From Macrostomum lignano (Eukaryota): DNA of 64,000 bases. Both the position numbers and the translations under genes were made by a program. The stretch is from the NCBI GenBank assembly GCA_002269645.1, contig NIVC01001898.1, positions 1 to 64,000 on the forward strand. Reading direction: 5' to 3'. Positions 45,939-58,214 of the stretch are shown here, piece after piece. How positions within the stretch are numbered: the first letter of the stretch is position 1; every line of letters starts with the position of its first letter. The notes below the pieces were generated by a model. It saw nothing but the letters and a program-made list of their open reading frames with translations. It did no database searches and was not told the DNA's origin.

Positions 45939-48900
45939 TTCGCCCGGAGTCGATTATCGAGCAGCAACTGATGCTCAAGCAGCAGCAAGAGCTAGAGCTT
46001 CAGCGTCAGCATCAGCACCAGCTGCAGCAGTTGCAGCGTCTTCAGCAGCTCCAGCTCCAACAGCAACAGCAACAGCAGCAGCAGCAACAGCCCTTGCTGA
46101 GGAACATGCTGCTCTACAGCCAGATGCCGCAGCTGTCGCCGCAGCAGCCTCTGCCGCCGGAGCAGCAGGAGCAGCCGGTGCGCCTTGCCAAAAAGACCAT
46201 CCTGGTTGCCCAGTCGCACGTGGCCGACTGGCTGAAGAAGGGCGCCGAGCTGGTGCGCACAAACGGCGCCCTATTCGGCGCACTGGACAAAGCCGGACGA
46301 GCGGATCTGCTCAGCCGGGCCTGGCCCCGGATCCTGCAGCTGTACATGCTGGAGCACAACTTCCAGTTCGCCGTGTCGCCGGCCGCGACCTCCGCGTCCC
46401 AGGAGTCCGGCGAGGTGGCCACCACGGCCAAGTGGCAGCCGACGAAGTCTTTTGCGGACGATCTTCAGCGGCTGATCGCGGCGGCTTCTAATCTGCCCTT
46501 TGACACGGTGACCTACAACCTGCTGCGGCTGGCGGCCATCTTCATGCGTGAGTGCCGGAGCTGTTCTCTGCTCTTTTACTTTTAACTGGCTGACCCAGGG
46601 CCTACTTTAAAAGTCTACCAAAGATGTCTACCCTAGAGTCTACTAAAGATTTCTACCCTAGAGTCTACTAAAGATGTCTACCCTAGAGTCTACCCGAAGA
46701 TGTCTACCCTAGAGTCTGCCCAAAGATATCTACCCTAGAGTCTACCCAAGATGTCTACCCTAGAGTCTTTCAAAAATGTCTACCCTAGAGTCTTCCAAAG
46801 ATGTCTACCAAAGATGTCTACCAAAGATGTCTACCCTAGAGTCTACCCTAGAGTCTAGTAACATGTCTGTTTCTTCTACCAGCGTACTTCCAAAACCAGT
46901 CTCTCTCGAATACTAGAATCAGAAATGCAATTTGCCTCAGTTGTAAGCAGCCTGACAAGAAAATAAGCAAAACTTTTATTGTACAGGAAAGAATAACAAT
47001 AGCAAAAGGGTAGCGCCGTCCCTCCCAAATGCCATTGTGCAACTTCAGCAAGCTGCAGCACCAGCTTTGCTTAAACAAGTGCTTAAACTAATTCTGGGGG
47101 TCGGTGCTTTGAGACTTTTGTTGTCTCGAAGCAGTTTTTGAGCATAACAACTTGTAATATCTGTTTTCGAGAATGCAGCAAAGAATCTTTCATGTACTGT
47201 ACTCTATTTTTATTATTAGATTTTGAAAAATAGCCGTCAATATGTTTTTTTATTTTCTGCAGAGTTTCTATTTTTAGCACCGTGCACTCATCTGAGTCCC
47301 GACTGATACAAAACAGCTCGAAATTATTTCAGCCTAAGGGGCTTCGAAGGCTAATCAATAAGTGGAGAGTGGTTTGGTGGACCCTCAGGTTTGGTTCGGG
47401 AATTTAGATCTTGGAATATTGAATCGGAACTTTGGATTGAGTTCAGGATTAAAGAATCGGGACTCAAGAATCGGAGCTCAAGAATCGGGACTCAAGCATC
47501 GGGATTCAAAAAATCAGGACTCAAGAATCGGGACTCGAGAATCGGAGCTCAAGAATCGGGGCTCAAGAATCGGGACTAAAAAAATCAGGACTCAAGAATC
47601 GGGACTAAAAAAATCAGGACTCAAGAATCGGGACTAAAAAAATCAGGACTCAAGAATCGGGACTCGAGAATCGGAGCTCAAGAATCGGGACTCAAGATTC
47701 GGGACTCAAAAATCGCAGCTCAAGAATCGGGACTCAAGAATCGGGGCTTAATAATCGGGACTCAAGAATCAGGACTCAAGAATCGGGACTCGAGAATCGG
47801 AGCTCAAGAATCGGGACTCAAGAATCGGGACTCAAGAATCGGGACTCAAAAATCGGAGCTCAAGAATCGGGACTCAAGAATCGGGGCTTAAGAATCGGAG
47901 CTCAAGAATCGGGACTCAAAAATCAGGACTCAAGAATCGGAGCTCAAGAATCGGGACTCAAGAATCGGGACTCAAGAATCGGGGATCAAGAATCGGGACT
48001 CAAGAATCGGGACTAAAAAATCAGGACTCAAGAATCGGGACTAAAAAATCAGGACTCAAGAATCGGGACTCGAGAATCGGAGCTCAAGAATCGGGACTCA
48101 AGAATCGGGACTCAAGAATCGGGACTCGAGAATCGGAGCTCAAGAATCGGGACTCAAGAATCGGGACTCAAGAATCGGGACTCAAGAATCGGGACTCAAA
48201 AATCGGAGCTCAAGAATCGGGACTCAAGAATCGGGGCTTAAGAATCGGAGCTCAAGAATCGGGACTCAAAAATCAGGACTCAAGAATCGGAGCTCAAGAA
48301 TCGGGACTCAAGAATCGGGACTCAAGAATCGGGGATCAAGAATCGGGACTCAAGAATCGGGACTAAAAAATCAGGACTCAAGAATCGGGACTAAAAAATC
48401 AGGACTCAAGAATCGGGACTCGAGAATCGGAGCTCAAGAATCGGGACTCAAGAATCGGGACTCAAGAATCGGGACTCGAGAATCGGAGCTCAAGAATCGG
48501 GACTCAAGAATCGGGACTCAAGAATCGGGACTTAAAAATCGGGACTTGAAGCTGTATTAAGATTCGGGAAGAAAGACTGTAATTCAGTATTCAGATACTC
48601 TCCATTCTTACACACGTTGGCTAGCTTTGAATTAAGTAATACTCGTAAGGTAAACAGAGCTACCATGCATGCACTCGAACACGATACGGTATTATTCGGC
48701 CTAGTTCTAAGTTAGAAAACGGCCGAGAAGATAAGATCGCTATTAAGAATGTATAGTTAGGACTAAGAAGAGAATGCTTCGAAAATCAGATTATCAGTTA
48801 TAGTTAGACTAAGTTACCCAGCTCTATATTTTAACATCATGAACGAAAAGGTTTATAAGTTATACGGTTAGTATCAATATGCATTTTGCCTCGGTTGCAT

Positions 48901-49846
48901 TGCGAGGGCCGGCGCACACTCAGGCATTCACCTACAGTGCGTACTTGGGCGCCTGAGCCTGAGAGTGCCATGGAATTTTGCCTACCTGCCCTGCACCTCT
49001 GATGAGTCATCGCTGCGACCCAGTGCAGGGGGGGTAAAAAGAGGTCATTATTTAGCTTGCAAGCGCGGGGCCTGTTTGACCTGCGTGTGAACTTTGCTTG
49101 AACTTTTCCACCAACTCTGCATGCAGAAATGAGGGGAGAGAGGGAGAGAAAGCAGTGCTGGGTTCGTTCGTGCTTGCTTCTGCCGAACTGCCTCCACTCT
49201 CTACTGTACGTGTGGCCCTGTCTTGCATCACCCGGTGCACTCGTGGGCTGGCTCTGGGTCGAAAGCTTGTCACCTACTGACAGAGCAAGTGCTTTTCACT
49301 CTTATAAACAATTTGTGCAACTAATGGTTTGACACAGGTGACAGGGCTTGCTTGCTGGGAATGCAAGTACGAAAAATCGTATTGCTAATAGTTTATCATT
49401 TAATAGAGTGCCAGTATGGGGCACAGATGCTCAGACATCAGGGAGGTGCCAGTTGGGGCACAGATGCTCAGACATCAGGGAGGTGCCAGTTGGGGCACAG
49501 ATGCTCAGACATCAGGGAGGTGCCAGTTGGGGCACAGATGCTCAGACATCCAGGGGCCATAGACACTGCAGTAGATTAGCAATCCATCAATTAAAAGTAC
49601 ACAATGACACCCTATATTGCAGCCGACCAGTCTCAGCCGGACGCCCCGGCCCTGGCCGAGGTGCAGTCAGAGATCATGAAGCACATCTACCATCACCTCG
49701 GGGTCAAGGGCCTAGCGCAGCACTTCAAAGAAGCCGAAGCAATCCTGGAGGCTGTGTCGCAGACTGACAAAGCTCGCCTAGAGATCCTGTTCTGCAGTCA
49801 CCTCAGCTCAACAGTTGACGAGTACATCAGAGTCCAGCTAGGCTAA
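43980..49846 (+). CDS. atypical nuclear receptor, ligand-binding domain only (NR0B/DAX1/SHP-like). join(43980..44035,45196..46547,49623..49846), 543 aa
   Basis: Phase-consistent GT-AG introns (CAAAA|GTGAGT to aacag|G; ATGC|GTGAGT to ttgcag|CC). NR LBD signature FxxLxxxxxxxLLxxxW (LFGALDKAGRADLLSRAW), YNLLRLAAIFMP-D (resembling EYAYLKGTVLFNPD), and a C-terminal LEILFCSHLSSTVDEYIRVQLG*. No C4 zinc fingers anywhere in the model. N-terminal GFLYSLLT resembles the DAX1 LxxLL boxes. Exon 1 is less certain than exons 2-3. Confidence 0.85.
44856..45037. mobile_element. 182-bp hAT-type MITE in intron 1 of the nuclear receptor gene
   Basis: TIRs TAGGGATTGCAA / TTGCAAACCCTA (11/12), perfect 8-bp TSD GCCTCTAG (44848-44855, 45038-45045), and many internal ATCCCGGGAT-type palindromic motifs. 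Confidence 0.9.
46610..46860. repeat. about 25-bp minisatellite (aagatgtctaccctagagtctac)
   Basis: About 10 imperfect copies starting about 60 bp after the donor of NR intron 2. Confidence 0.9.
47450..48545. repeat. 14-bp minisatellite (aagaatcgggactc) with a duplicated block of about 350 bp
   Basis: About 78 units; the variant pattern from about 47860 repeats from about 48210. Confidence 0.95.
49410..49552. repeat. 37-bp repeat x3.5 (ggggcacagatgctcagacatcagggaggtgccagtt)
   Basis: Starts at 49418, 49455 and 49492. Confidence 0.92.
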
Positions 49847-50489
49847 CGCACCCCGCTGACTGCATGCAAGTTCAATTGAACAAATTCATCGAGTGCACAA
49901 GACGTCGCGCAGAAAATGACAGATTGAAATTGAATTTCACTGGCTAATTTGATCAAATCCAAATGAACGTAAAACAGTAGTAATGTTATTTTGGTGTGTC
50001 TTGTGTGTTCATGTTTTTGTCCGTTCGTCTATGCGCACCCTGCTGTCTCCATTGGCACCTGCTTGTGCTTGAACCCCAGCAGCTGCCAGCTTTGAGAAGG
50101 CGCTGCATCGCTTTAGGATCAACGTTTTAATACAATAGTTGTATAGTAGCCGCAGTAGTAGTATGTGTAGTTGTAGTAGTGTGTCTCCGGTATCCGCTCT
50201 TTGTTCCATTGCGCAAGCTCGTTATCGAGAGCTACTGAACCGGTATACTCAGCGTTGTTACATTTGTAATATTGTTTTCCTGTGTCAGCATTGCTTGCTT
50301 GTCAATAATAAGCTGCTCTTCTCCTCCCTGAGCGTAAAATGCAGTTTATAAGCCATTCACTCTCCCATCTTTGTCATGAGCCCATTTTTGTGTGTTTCGT
50401 TTTGCCCTCGAAACTTGCTTATTTTTTAATGTTTTGAAAGTTCTCGGTACGAAATGTCTTTGTGACTTCATTTAGGTCCGCTGTGTAAT

Positions 50490-51240
50490 CCCACTCTCCT
50501 TCTCCCTCTTCCTCTCCCTCTCTGTCTCCCTCTCCCCTTTCTCTCTCCCTCTCCCTCTCCCTCTCCCTCTCTGTCTCTCTCTCCCCTTTCTCTCTCCCTC
50601 TCCCTCTCCCTCTCTCCCTCTCCCTCTCCCTCTCCCCTTCCTCCCTCCCTCTCCCTCTCCCACTCTCCCTCTCCTCTCCCTCTCTCCCTCTCCCTCTCCC
50701 TCTCCCTCTCCCTCTCCCTCTCCCTCTCCCCTTCCTCCCTCCCTCTCCCTCTCCCACTCTCCCTCTCCCTCTCTCTCTCCCTCTCTCCCTCTCCCTCTCC
50801 CTCTCTCCCTCTCTCTCTCTCCCTCTCCCTCTCCCTCTCTCCCTCTCCCTCTCCCTCTCCCTCTCCCCTTCCTCCCTCCCTCTCCCTCTCCCACTCTCCC
50901 TCTCCCTCTCTCTCTCCCTCTCTCCCTCTCCCTCTCCCTCTCTCCCTCCCTCTTCCTCTCTCCTCTCCCTGTCCCTCTCTCTCCCTCTCCCTCTCCTTCT
51001 CTCCCTCTCCCTCTCTCCCTCTCCTTCTCTCCCTCTCCCTCTCTCCCTCTTCCTCTTCCTCTCCCTCTCTGTCTCCCTCTCTTCCTCTTCCCTTCTTCTC
51101 TCCCTCTCCCTCTCCCTCTCCCTGTCCCTCTCTCCCTCTCCCTTTCCCTCTTCTTCTCCCTTTCCCTCACCTCTTCCCTCTTTTCTCTCTCTACCATTTC
51201 TTACTCTCCTATCTCTCTTTCGCCCCTTTTCTATTCATCT
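50490..51240. repeat. CT-rich (ctctcc)n-type tract
   Basis: Low-complexity pyrimidine tract. Confidence 0.9.
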
Positions 51241-51967
51241 TCCACTCTCTCCTCGCGTTTGGTTTATTTTGATCCCTATACCTTCTCTCTGCCTCCTAAT
51301 CCTCAGCTGAACAGTTTGATCCCGCAGCTTCATTTCAATCCATCAAATTCGCTTCCTCTTTACTTCCTCTTTCCGACAAGAGACAGCTCAAAATTCAATT
51401 ATATTCTTCATCCTGTTAAGCGTCCTCTGCGTAGCTGCGTCATCGCGTCGATTGTCAGGCGTTGTTGTCAGTCGCACTGAACCTATAGAATGCACTGCCT
51501 ACATACTGCAGTACACTCGCTGATCAATACTAGTTCTACCAGAGTATGAAAATCATCTTGACCGTTTTGTGATTATTTTTAATCTCTATCCAAAATTGTC
51601 TACTTATCTCAATTTTGTTGCACCTGGGCGAAATCGCTCACAATTTTCCCTATTTGAGTTTGCCTTCGCCGGCTCTCTCTTCTCTGTCCAGGAAGCGTGA
51701 GTTTTGCAATTTATTTCCCGCACCGCTACATCAGAGAGCTTTGCAAACTACTCTCTCTCTCTGTCTCTCAAATCGTTGTTTGGAAATCGAAATTTCGTTT
51801 AAAATTCTGTATGCGTTTCTCCATGTCCAAAGCGAATTTTCCATGCTGTTTGAGTGAGTGGAAATACACTATACCGTTATCCAGTTTGCTGGCTGCTTGG
51901 TGTCATCAGACTTTCCTCGATGTGCGTCAGTTGAAATTGCATGGTTTTTCTGTATTCGATTGCTGAA

Positions 51968-52002
51968 AGATAGATAGATAGATAGATAGATAGGTAGGTA
52001 GG

Positions 52003-52037
<35 letters not shown>

Positions 52038-52062
52038 GTAGATAGATAGATAGATAGATAGG

Positions 52063-52113
<51 letters not shown>

Positions 52114-52114
52114 G

Positions 52115-52161
<47 letters not shown>

Positions 52162-52162
52162 G

Positions 52163-52224
<62 letters not shown>
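51968..52224. repeat. (GATA)n microsatellite
   Basis: About 64 units with occasional GGTA. Confidence 0.97.
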
Positions 52225-52225
<1 letters not shown>

Positions 52226-52669
52226 TCTTTTCGAACCAGATTTTAATCTAGCAGCTTTAAAATATTAAGCCGATTGAGCGCAATTAATTAAAACTAATAT
52301 TATAATTTTAAACTCTACACTCGGATCTCTCGTGCGAGTATTGAACCAGCAAACGCTCGTCCAAAAGCGCAAATTCGTCTGCAACTGGAGGTGGGTGACA
52401 GCCATGCCTTGGAAAAAAAGCTTTATGGAACAACTGCGTTTTGCTGGTGCATAGATCTCACCGTGAGCCCGGAGAACGCGGCTCAAGTGCTTTGCATGCA
52501 TGCGTACACTAGTTTAAGAGTGCAAAATAGGATTGCCGGGCAGCCAGCTATCGTAAACACTTCTGCTGGGAGAGAAGGTGGGCGACCTGGCGTTGGAGGC
52601 CGGAAAATTAACAAGACTGGGAATGACGAAATTATTGCATTGCTCACTCTCATTGTTGATAGATGCTCG

Positions 52670-53965
52670 GGTCTATCCACTGAGACTCGGGCTTATCCAC
52701 TGAGACTCGGGCTTATCCACTGACACTCTGGTCTATCAACTGACACTCTGCTGGTCTATCAACTGACACTCTGGTCTATCCACTGACACTCTGGTCTATC
52801 AACTGACACTCTGGTCTATCAACTGACACTCTGGTCTATCAACTGGCAACTCGGCTCCTCTCTCGGTCCCGAACCGCTTGTCCCGATTCCTGGCTGTGTC
52901 ATCGACTCGCGCATCAAAGCGTGGATCAGGACCCAGCACCGCTCGGCTTGGGCGAACTGCACTACCTGCAGGCAATCCAGAGGCGCTGTCCCTCAGCCCA
53001 GCTCTGGAAGCTCCTCTTGCGCCTCTCGCGCAGAGACATCCGGGCTGCCACCATGACCCTCTCAGGTCACGGCTGCTTCTCTAGGCACCAGTACCTGCAG
53101 GGCAACGCCACCAACAGTTTCTGCAACTCAGGTGACGAAACCGTTGAGCATTTCGTCAGCATCTGTCCCGCCTTAAGTGAGCCAGAGTCACTTACCTCGG
53201 GCCACACACATCTATTACTGAAGCGTGCAAACCCGAAAACTTTAATCAGCTCATGCGCTACCTCCGGGCCACCCGCAGGGCTGAACTCTCCTTTCCAAGG
53301 AGCACTATAGCTGCTGGCGACACTGGGGGACCTCCCTGGGCGGCGCCAACCTTTCGTCCATAGCGACGCGTCGGCCGTTTAGGGATTAGCGGAATGGGCG
53401 TTCGCGTCTTCCCGCTGTGTCCCCTCCGGGACAGCCCTGCAGCTAAGTCAAGTAAGTCAAGACACTCGGGTCTATCCACTGACACTCTGGTCTATCCACT
53501 GACACTCGGGTCTATCCACTGACACTCTGGTCTATCCACTGACACTCGGGTCTATCCACTGACACTCGGGTCTATCCACTGACACTCGGGTCTATCCACT
53601 GACACTCGGGTCTATCCACTGACACTCGGGTCTATCCACTGACACTCGGGTCTATCCACTGACACTCTGGTCTAACCACTGACACTCTGGTCTATCCACT
53701 GACACTCTGGTCTATCCACTGACACTCTGGTCTATCCACTGACACTCGGGTCTATCCACTGACAGTCGGGTCTATCCACTGACACTCGGGTCTATCCACT
53801 GACACTCGGGTCTATTCACTGACACTCTGGTCTATCCACTGACACTCGGGTCTATCCACTGACAGTCGGGTCTAACCACTGAGACTCGGGTCTATCCACT
53901 GAGACTCGGGTCTATCCACTGACACTCTGGTCTATCAACTGACACTCGGGGTAACCACTGACACT
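52670..53965. repeat. 20-bp minisatellite (ctatccactgacactcgggt), interrupted by a LINE fragment
   Basis: Arrays at about 52670-52845 and 53462-53965. Confidence 0.95.
52846..53461 (+). mobile_element. 5'-truncated non-LTR retrotransposon 3' end (R1/LOA/I-type)
   Basis: Frameshifted remnant AWIRTQHRSAWANCTTCRQSR / KLLLRLSRRDIRAATMTLSGHGCFSRHQYLQG...CNSGDETVEHFVSICPAL (post-RNase H region plus CCHC knuckle), then a 3' UTR ending in an AAGTC-repeat tail (CTAAGTCAAGTAAGTCAAG). Confidence 0.8.
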
Positions 53966-54539
53966 CGCAGTCCTAATAGCACGAATCACACCCCACGGCA
54001 ATAGCTCCTATAAACAGCAGCTGCCCCGTACCAAATGCGTACATTGCATGCACAATATCATTCATTCCTTACCATGGGCCATTTTTGGGGCAGCTCAGCT
54101 TATGGCGTGATAGAATTGGATCGAAGGAAAAAATTGAGAAACCTTTCTCACCTGTCTACATGTCGGGTCCTTCATGGCAGGTGCAGCCAGTGAAAGCTTC
54201 GCATGCACCCCAGTTCGATCTTCAGCTGATACTTGTCAATCGCTATTTGACTGCACGGAAATTCAAATTTTAATTTAGAGTTCGCACAACTACTTTGGAG
54301 CCCGGACCCGTGCATTAACTCCGTTAAATTCCTCCGCCATATTATCGATACTCTCGAATGTGACAAGTTCGTGATGGCACTCTGTCACATGACATCCCAT
54401 CGCCTCCTAACTTCCCTAGCAGCCTTATCCAGTCATTCTTTCTCACTATTCACCGATGCCTCAGTGACATTCGAATTCGAATTCACTCTCACATCCGTTC
54501 GTCTCTTGTCTTTCACCTCCTCCAGTACCCTGTAGGCTC

Positions 54540-55162
<623 letters not shown>

Positions 55163-56344
55163 CTTTCTCACCCCCTCTCTTACCCTCTTTTCTCCCTCTC
55201 CTTCCAGGTTCTAACCTTCCCTCTCCCACTGTCGATTTTTCACCTTCAAGTCCTCATTAACTTTCTTTTCTTATCACGCCTGTCTTTGTGAAGGAAAGTT
55301 TTAAGCATCCCAGATGTCATATATATACTCACTACTCAACAACATTGATCAACCGCTACCCTGAAGTCAACTCTGCGGGGTCGGTGGTTTATCACACGTA
55401 CCCCTGAGTGGTATATCTTTGTAATCTTCGAATTTACGAGTCTTCTCCTTCAGCAAGGACATGCAGAAGTTATTTCAGGCGTAAAAAGGCCTCATAAAAA
55501 AGACGAGTACAGTGCAAGTTTCAGCTATCATCAGGCCATTTTCTCTCACAAGCGCGCAATGAAAACGAGAGCCTTTGCACTTTAAAGCGTGTTGTCTGCC
55601 CGTGTTGCTAAAAATAGAACACTGCCGGGGAGGCAGGCGCACTTTAGCGTCGTCCCGGCCCCCCTCTCCCCTAGCTGAAGGGCAGGCCGTTCGTTAGTCG
55701 TTCGACTGCCTTGCGTGTACTTTTTTCAAATCCATGAAAATGAGTCCTTCCCAGTCATCAGCTAACTCAAACTCCTTTTCCTCCCAGTCCCTAGTGAGTC
55801 GTGACAATAGAGCCTCTCGCGGGAGCGCAAATCTCTACCTATAAAAATGAAATCCCATATAAACGAGTTTGTTTCCCAATTTTCCAGGGGGACCTAGTTG
55901 CACTTTTACATAATCGAATGAGGATCTGAGAGGGACTAAATTTAGGCTTGATTGGATGAAGGCAGGAGAGAGGATTAATCAATAATCTAGCAAGGAGCTA
56001 TTCGAATTGGTCTGCAACTCTGCACCGTCGGGTTTTTATGCCGCGGTGTACTTTTAATTGCAGCCAGCAGGGCCTGGCAGTCAAAGGGGAAATATTGGCT
56101 CGAACGGAACTGATAAACTGCTGGTTTATCAGTCACTCCCGACCCGAGGATGTGTGTACCAAAACCGGGGCGCCACTTTTTTCGGTGCAGAAAAACTAGT
56201 TGTTGGAATGGGAACTTTATGGCTCGGATATTGGGGTGGAATTTATAGATTAATTTTTGTTCCAAAATCCAAAGCTAGATTTAGAACGAAAAGGTAGCTA
56301 TCTGACAATATTCACTGACAATTAGAACCCCCCCTAGAACTCAT

Positions 56345-56720
56345 TCTCAGTGTCTAGGACTCACTGACAATACTAGGACTCACTGACACAGGCCTCACGG
56401 ACACAGGTCTCACGGACACAATGTCTAGAACTCACGGACACAATGTCTAGGACTCACTGACAGTGTCTAGGACTTACTGACACAATGTTTAGGACTCACT
56501 GACACAATGTCTAGGACTCACTGACACAATGTCTAGGACTCACTGACACAATGTCTAGGACTCACTGACACAATGTCTAGGACTCACTGACACAATGTTT
56601 AGGACTCACTAACACAATGTCTAGGACTCACTGACACAATGTCTAGGACTCACTGACACAATGTCTAGGACTCACTGACACAATGTCTAGGACTTACTCA
56701 CGGACACATTATCTAAGAGT
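56345..56720. repeat. 22-bp minisatellite (ctaggactcactgacacaatgt)
   Basis: About 15 copies. Confidence 0.93.
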
Positions 56721-57359
56721 CCCTGACCCCTGATAAATAGTGCATATAGAACTTCACTGACAATCCAACAGTACACATTCAAGGTGTAGGGGGTTCACCG
56801 ACCAAATCAAATTAATTAGCTGGAAACTGGTTATCGCAAAATCATTTGTGTTCTTAATTTTGTGTTTTGTTTTAGCACGTAAAAAATTGGTTCCGTTTTC
56901 ACAATTGACAAATTCAAATTCATTGTTATTTTTGTTAATTTACATTCAGTTCAGCCAAACTAGGAAGTTAAAGTAAGGGAATTGGGAAAGGAAATAAATC
57001 GAATCTGGCCACGCTATGCCTGCTTTCTATAGCATAAAAAGTACAAATGGGAAAGGGGAACGAACGTGGAAAACTGAGAAATGTGAAAGCTAGATAGATA
57101 GGATAGCTAAAAAAGTGTACTGCAAGGCTGCAATCCCATATATGGCCTGCCGTAAAAGCAGCACAACTGCATGGCCCCTAAACAGTTATGGGCTACTTTT
57201 CACCTATTTTTATGGGAAATGGGATTCAAAAATAAAACTCTGTGCTTACTGTCATCAGAATTTTGCACTTTTCCACTTTATCAATCTATGCAGTACATTA
57301 GTCATGTTACGCGCCAATATCTATTAAAATATTTGAGTTGTGATGTTCCTATGGGAGAA

Positions 57360-57525
57360 GTTATAGCTCTGTTGTGGATGTTGTTGTGGCTCTGTTGTGG
57401 ATGTTGTTGTGGCTCTGTTGTGGATGTTGTTGTAGCTCTGTTGTGGATGTTGTTGGCTCTCTTGTGGATGTTGTTGTGGCACTGTTGTGGATGTTGTTGT
57501 TGTGGCACTGTTGTGGCGTTGTTGT
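57360..57525. repeat. TTG-rich imperfect repeat (ctgttgtggatgttgttgtggct)
   Basis: About 7 copies. Confidence 0.85.
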
Positions 57526-58214
57526 CGATTCTGTGGATTACTTGGAATAGCCGGCCTAGCTACATGCATACGGGTATACGGGCTTCGTGCTGCCTCTTGC
57601 CCCTCTGAATTTGAGTATCAAAATTACATCCCATGTCGTACCATATAGCCGCTATACACTGCAGGTCATGCCACACGTTTTGCAACGCGTCGATCTTGCT
57701 AAAAGTGTACAATTCAATGTCAATTTTTATTTAGCCTACTACAGGTGCGGACAAGTATAACAAACTTCTGACGTATTTACTGCTAGATCTCACAGACCTA
57801 TACTAGCTGCAGTCGAATCAGCTGCTATAGTTCTGTAAATTTCGACAGTGATAAGCTGGCTCTGTGTGCGATCTCTGATTCTGTGAACTCGCGACTCTTA
57901 ACAGTTTTTAAGTGCTCACTACTCATGCCGCTAAGGACTTATCGCTATAGTAGCCAGCCGATGCACTTTACAGGCCATAGCACGAATGACAGCGGTCCCT
58001 GAGAATTGCCCGCAGTGCTTAGTACAAGCGTGTCTTCCTAAATTACGGGTCGTTTTACAAGACCCCCTTTCTTTCGGGGGTCGGCTGACCCCTTGACCCT
58101 CAGGGATCCACCACTGGTTGCGTGTCTAACTCGTACTCCCATTAATTACTTGTATTTGCAGACCCCCGCCACTTAGAACATGTTGGATCCGCTTGTTTGT
58201 ATCTGTGTAGACAG

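Noticed and set aside
48996-49035. CTGATGAG hammerhead-like core
   Set aside because: After the putative stem II (GTC...GAC) there is no GAAA, and stems I/III cannot be formed.
58070-58125. GGATCCACCACTG end with a GGGGTC/GACCCC hairpin, resembling a MITE terminus
   Set aside because: No matching opposite end or TSD found in the window; insufficient to call an element.
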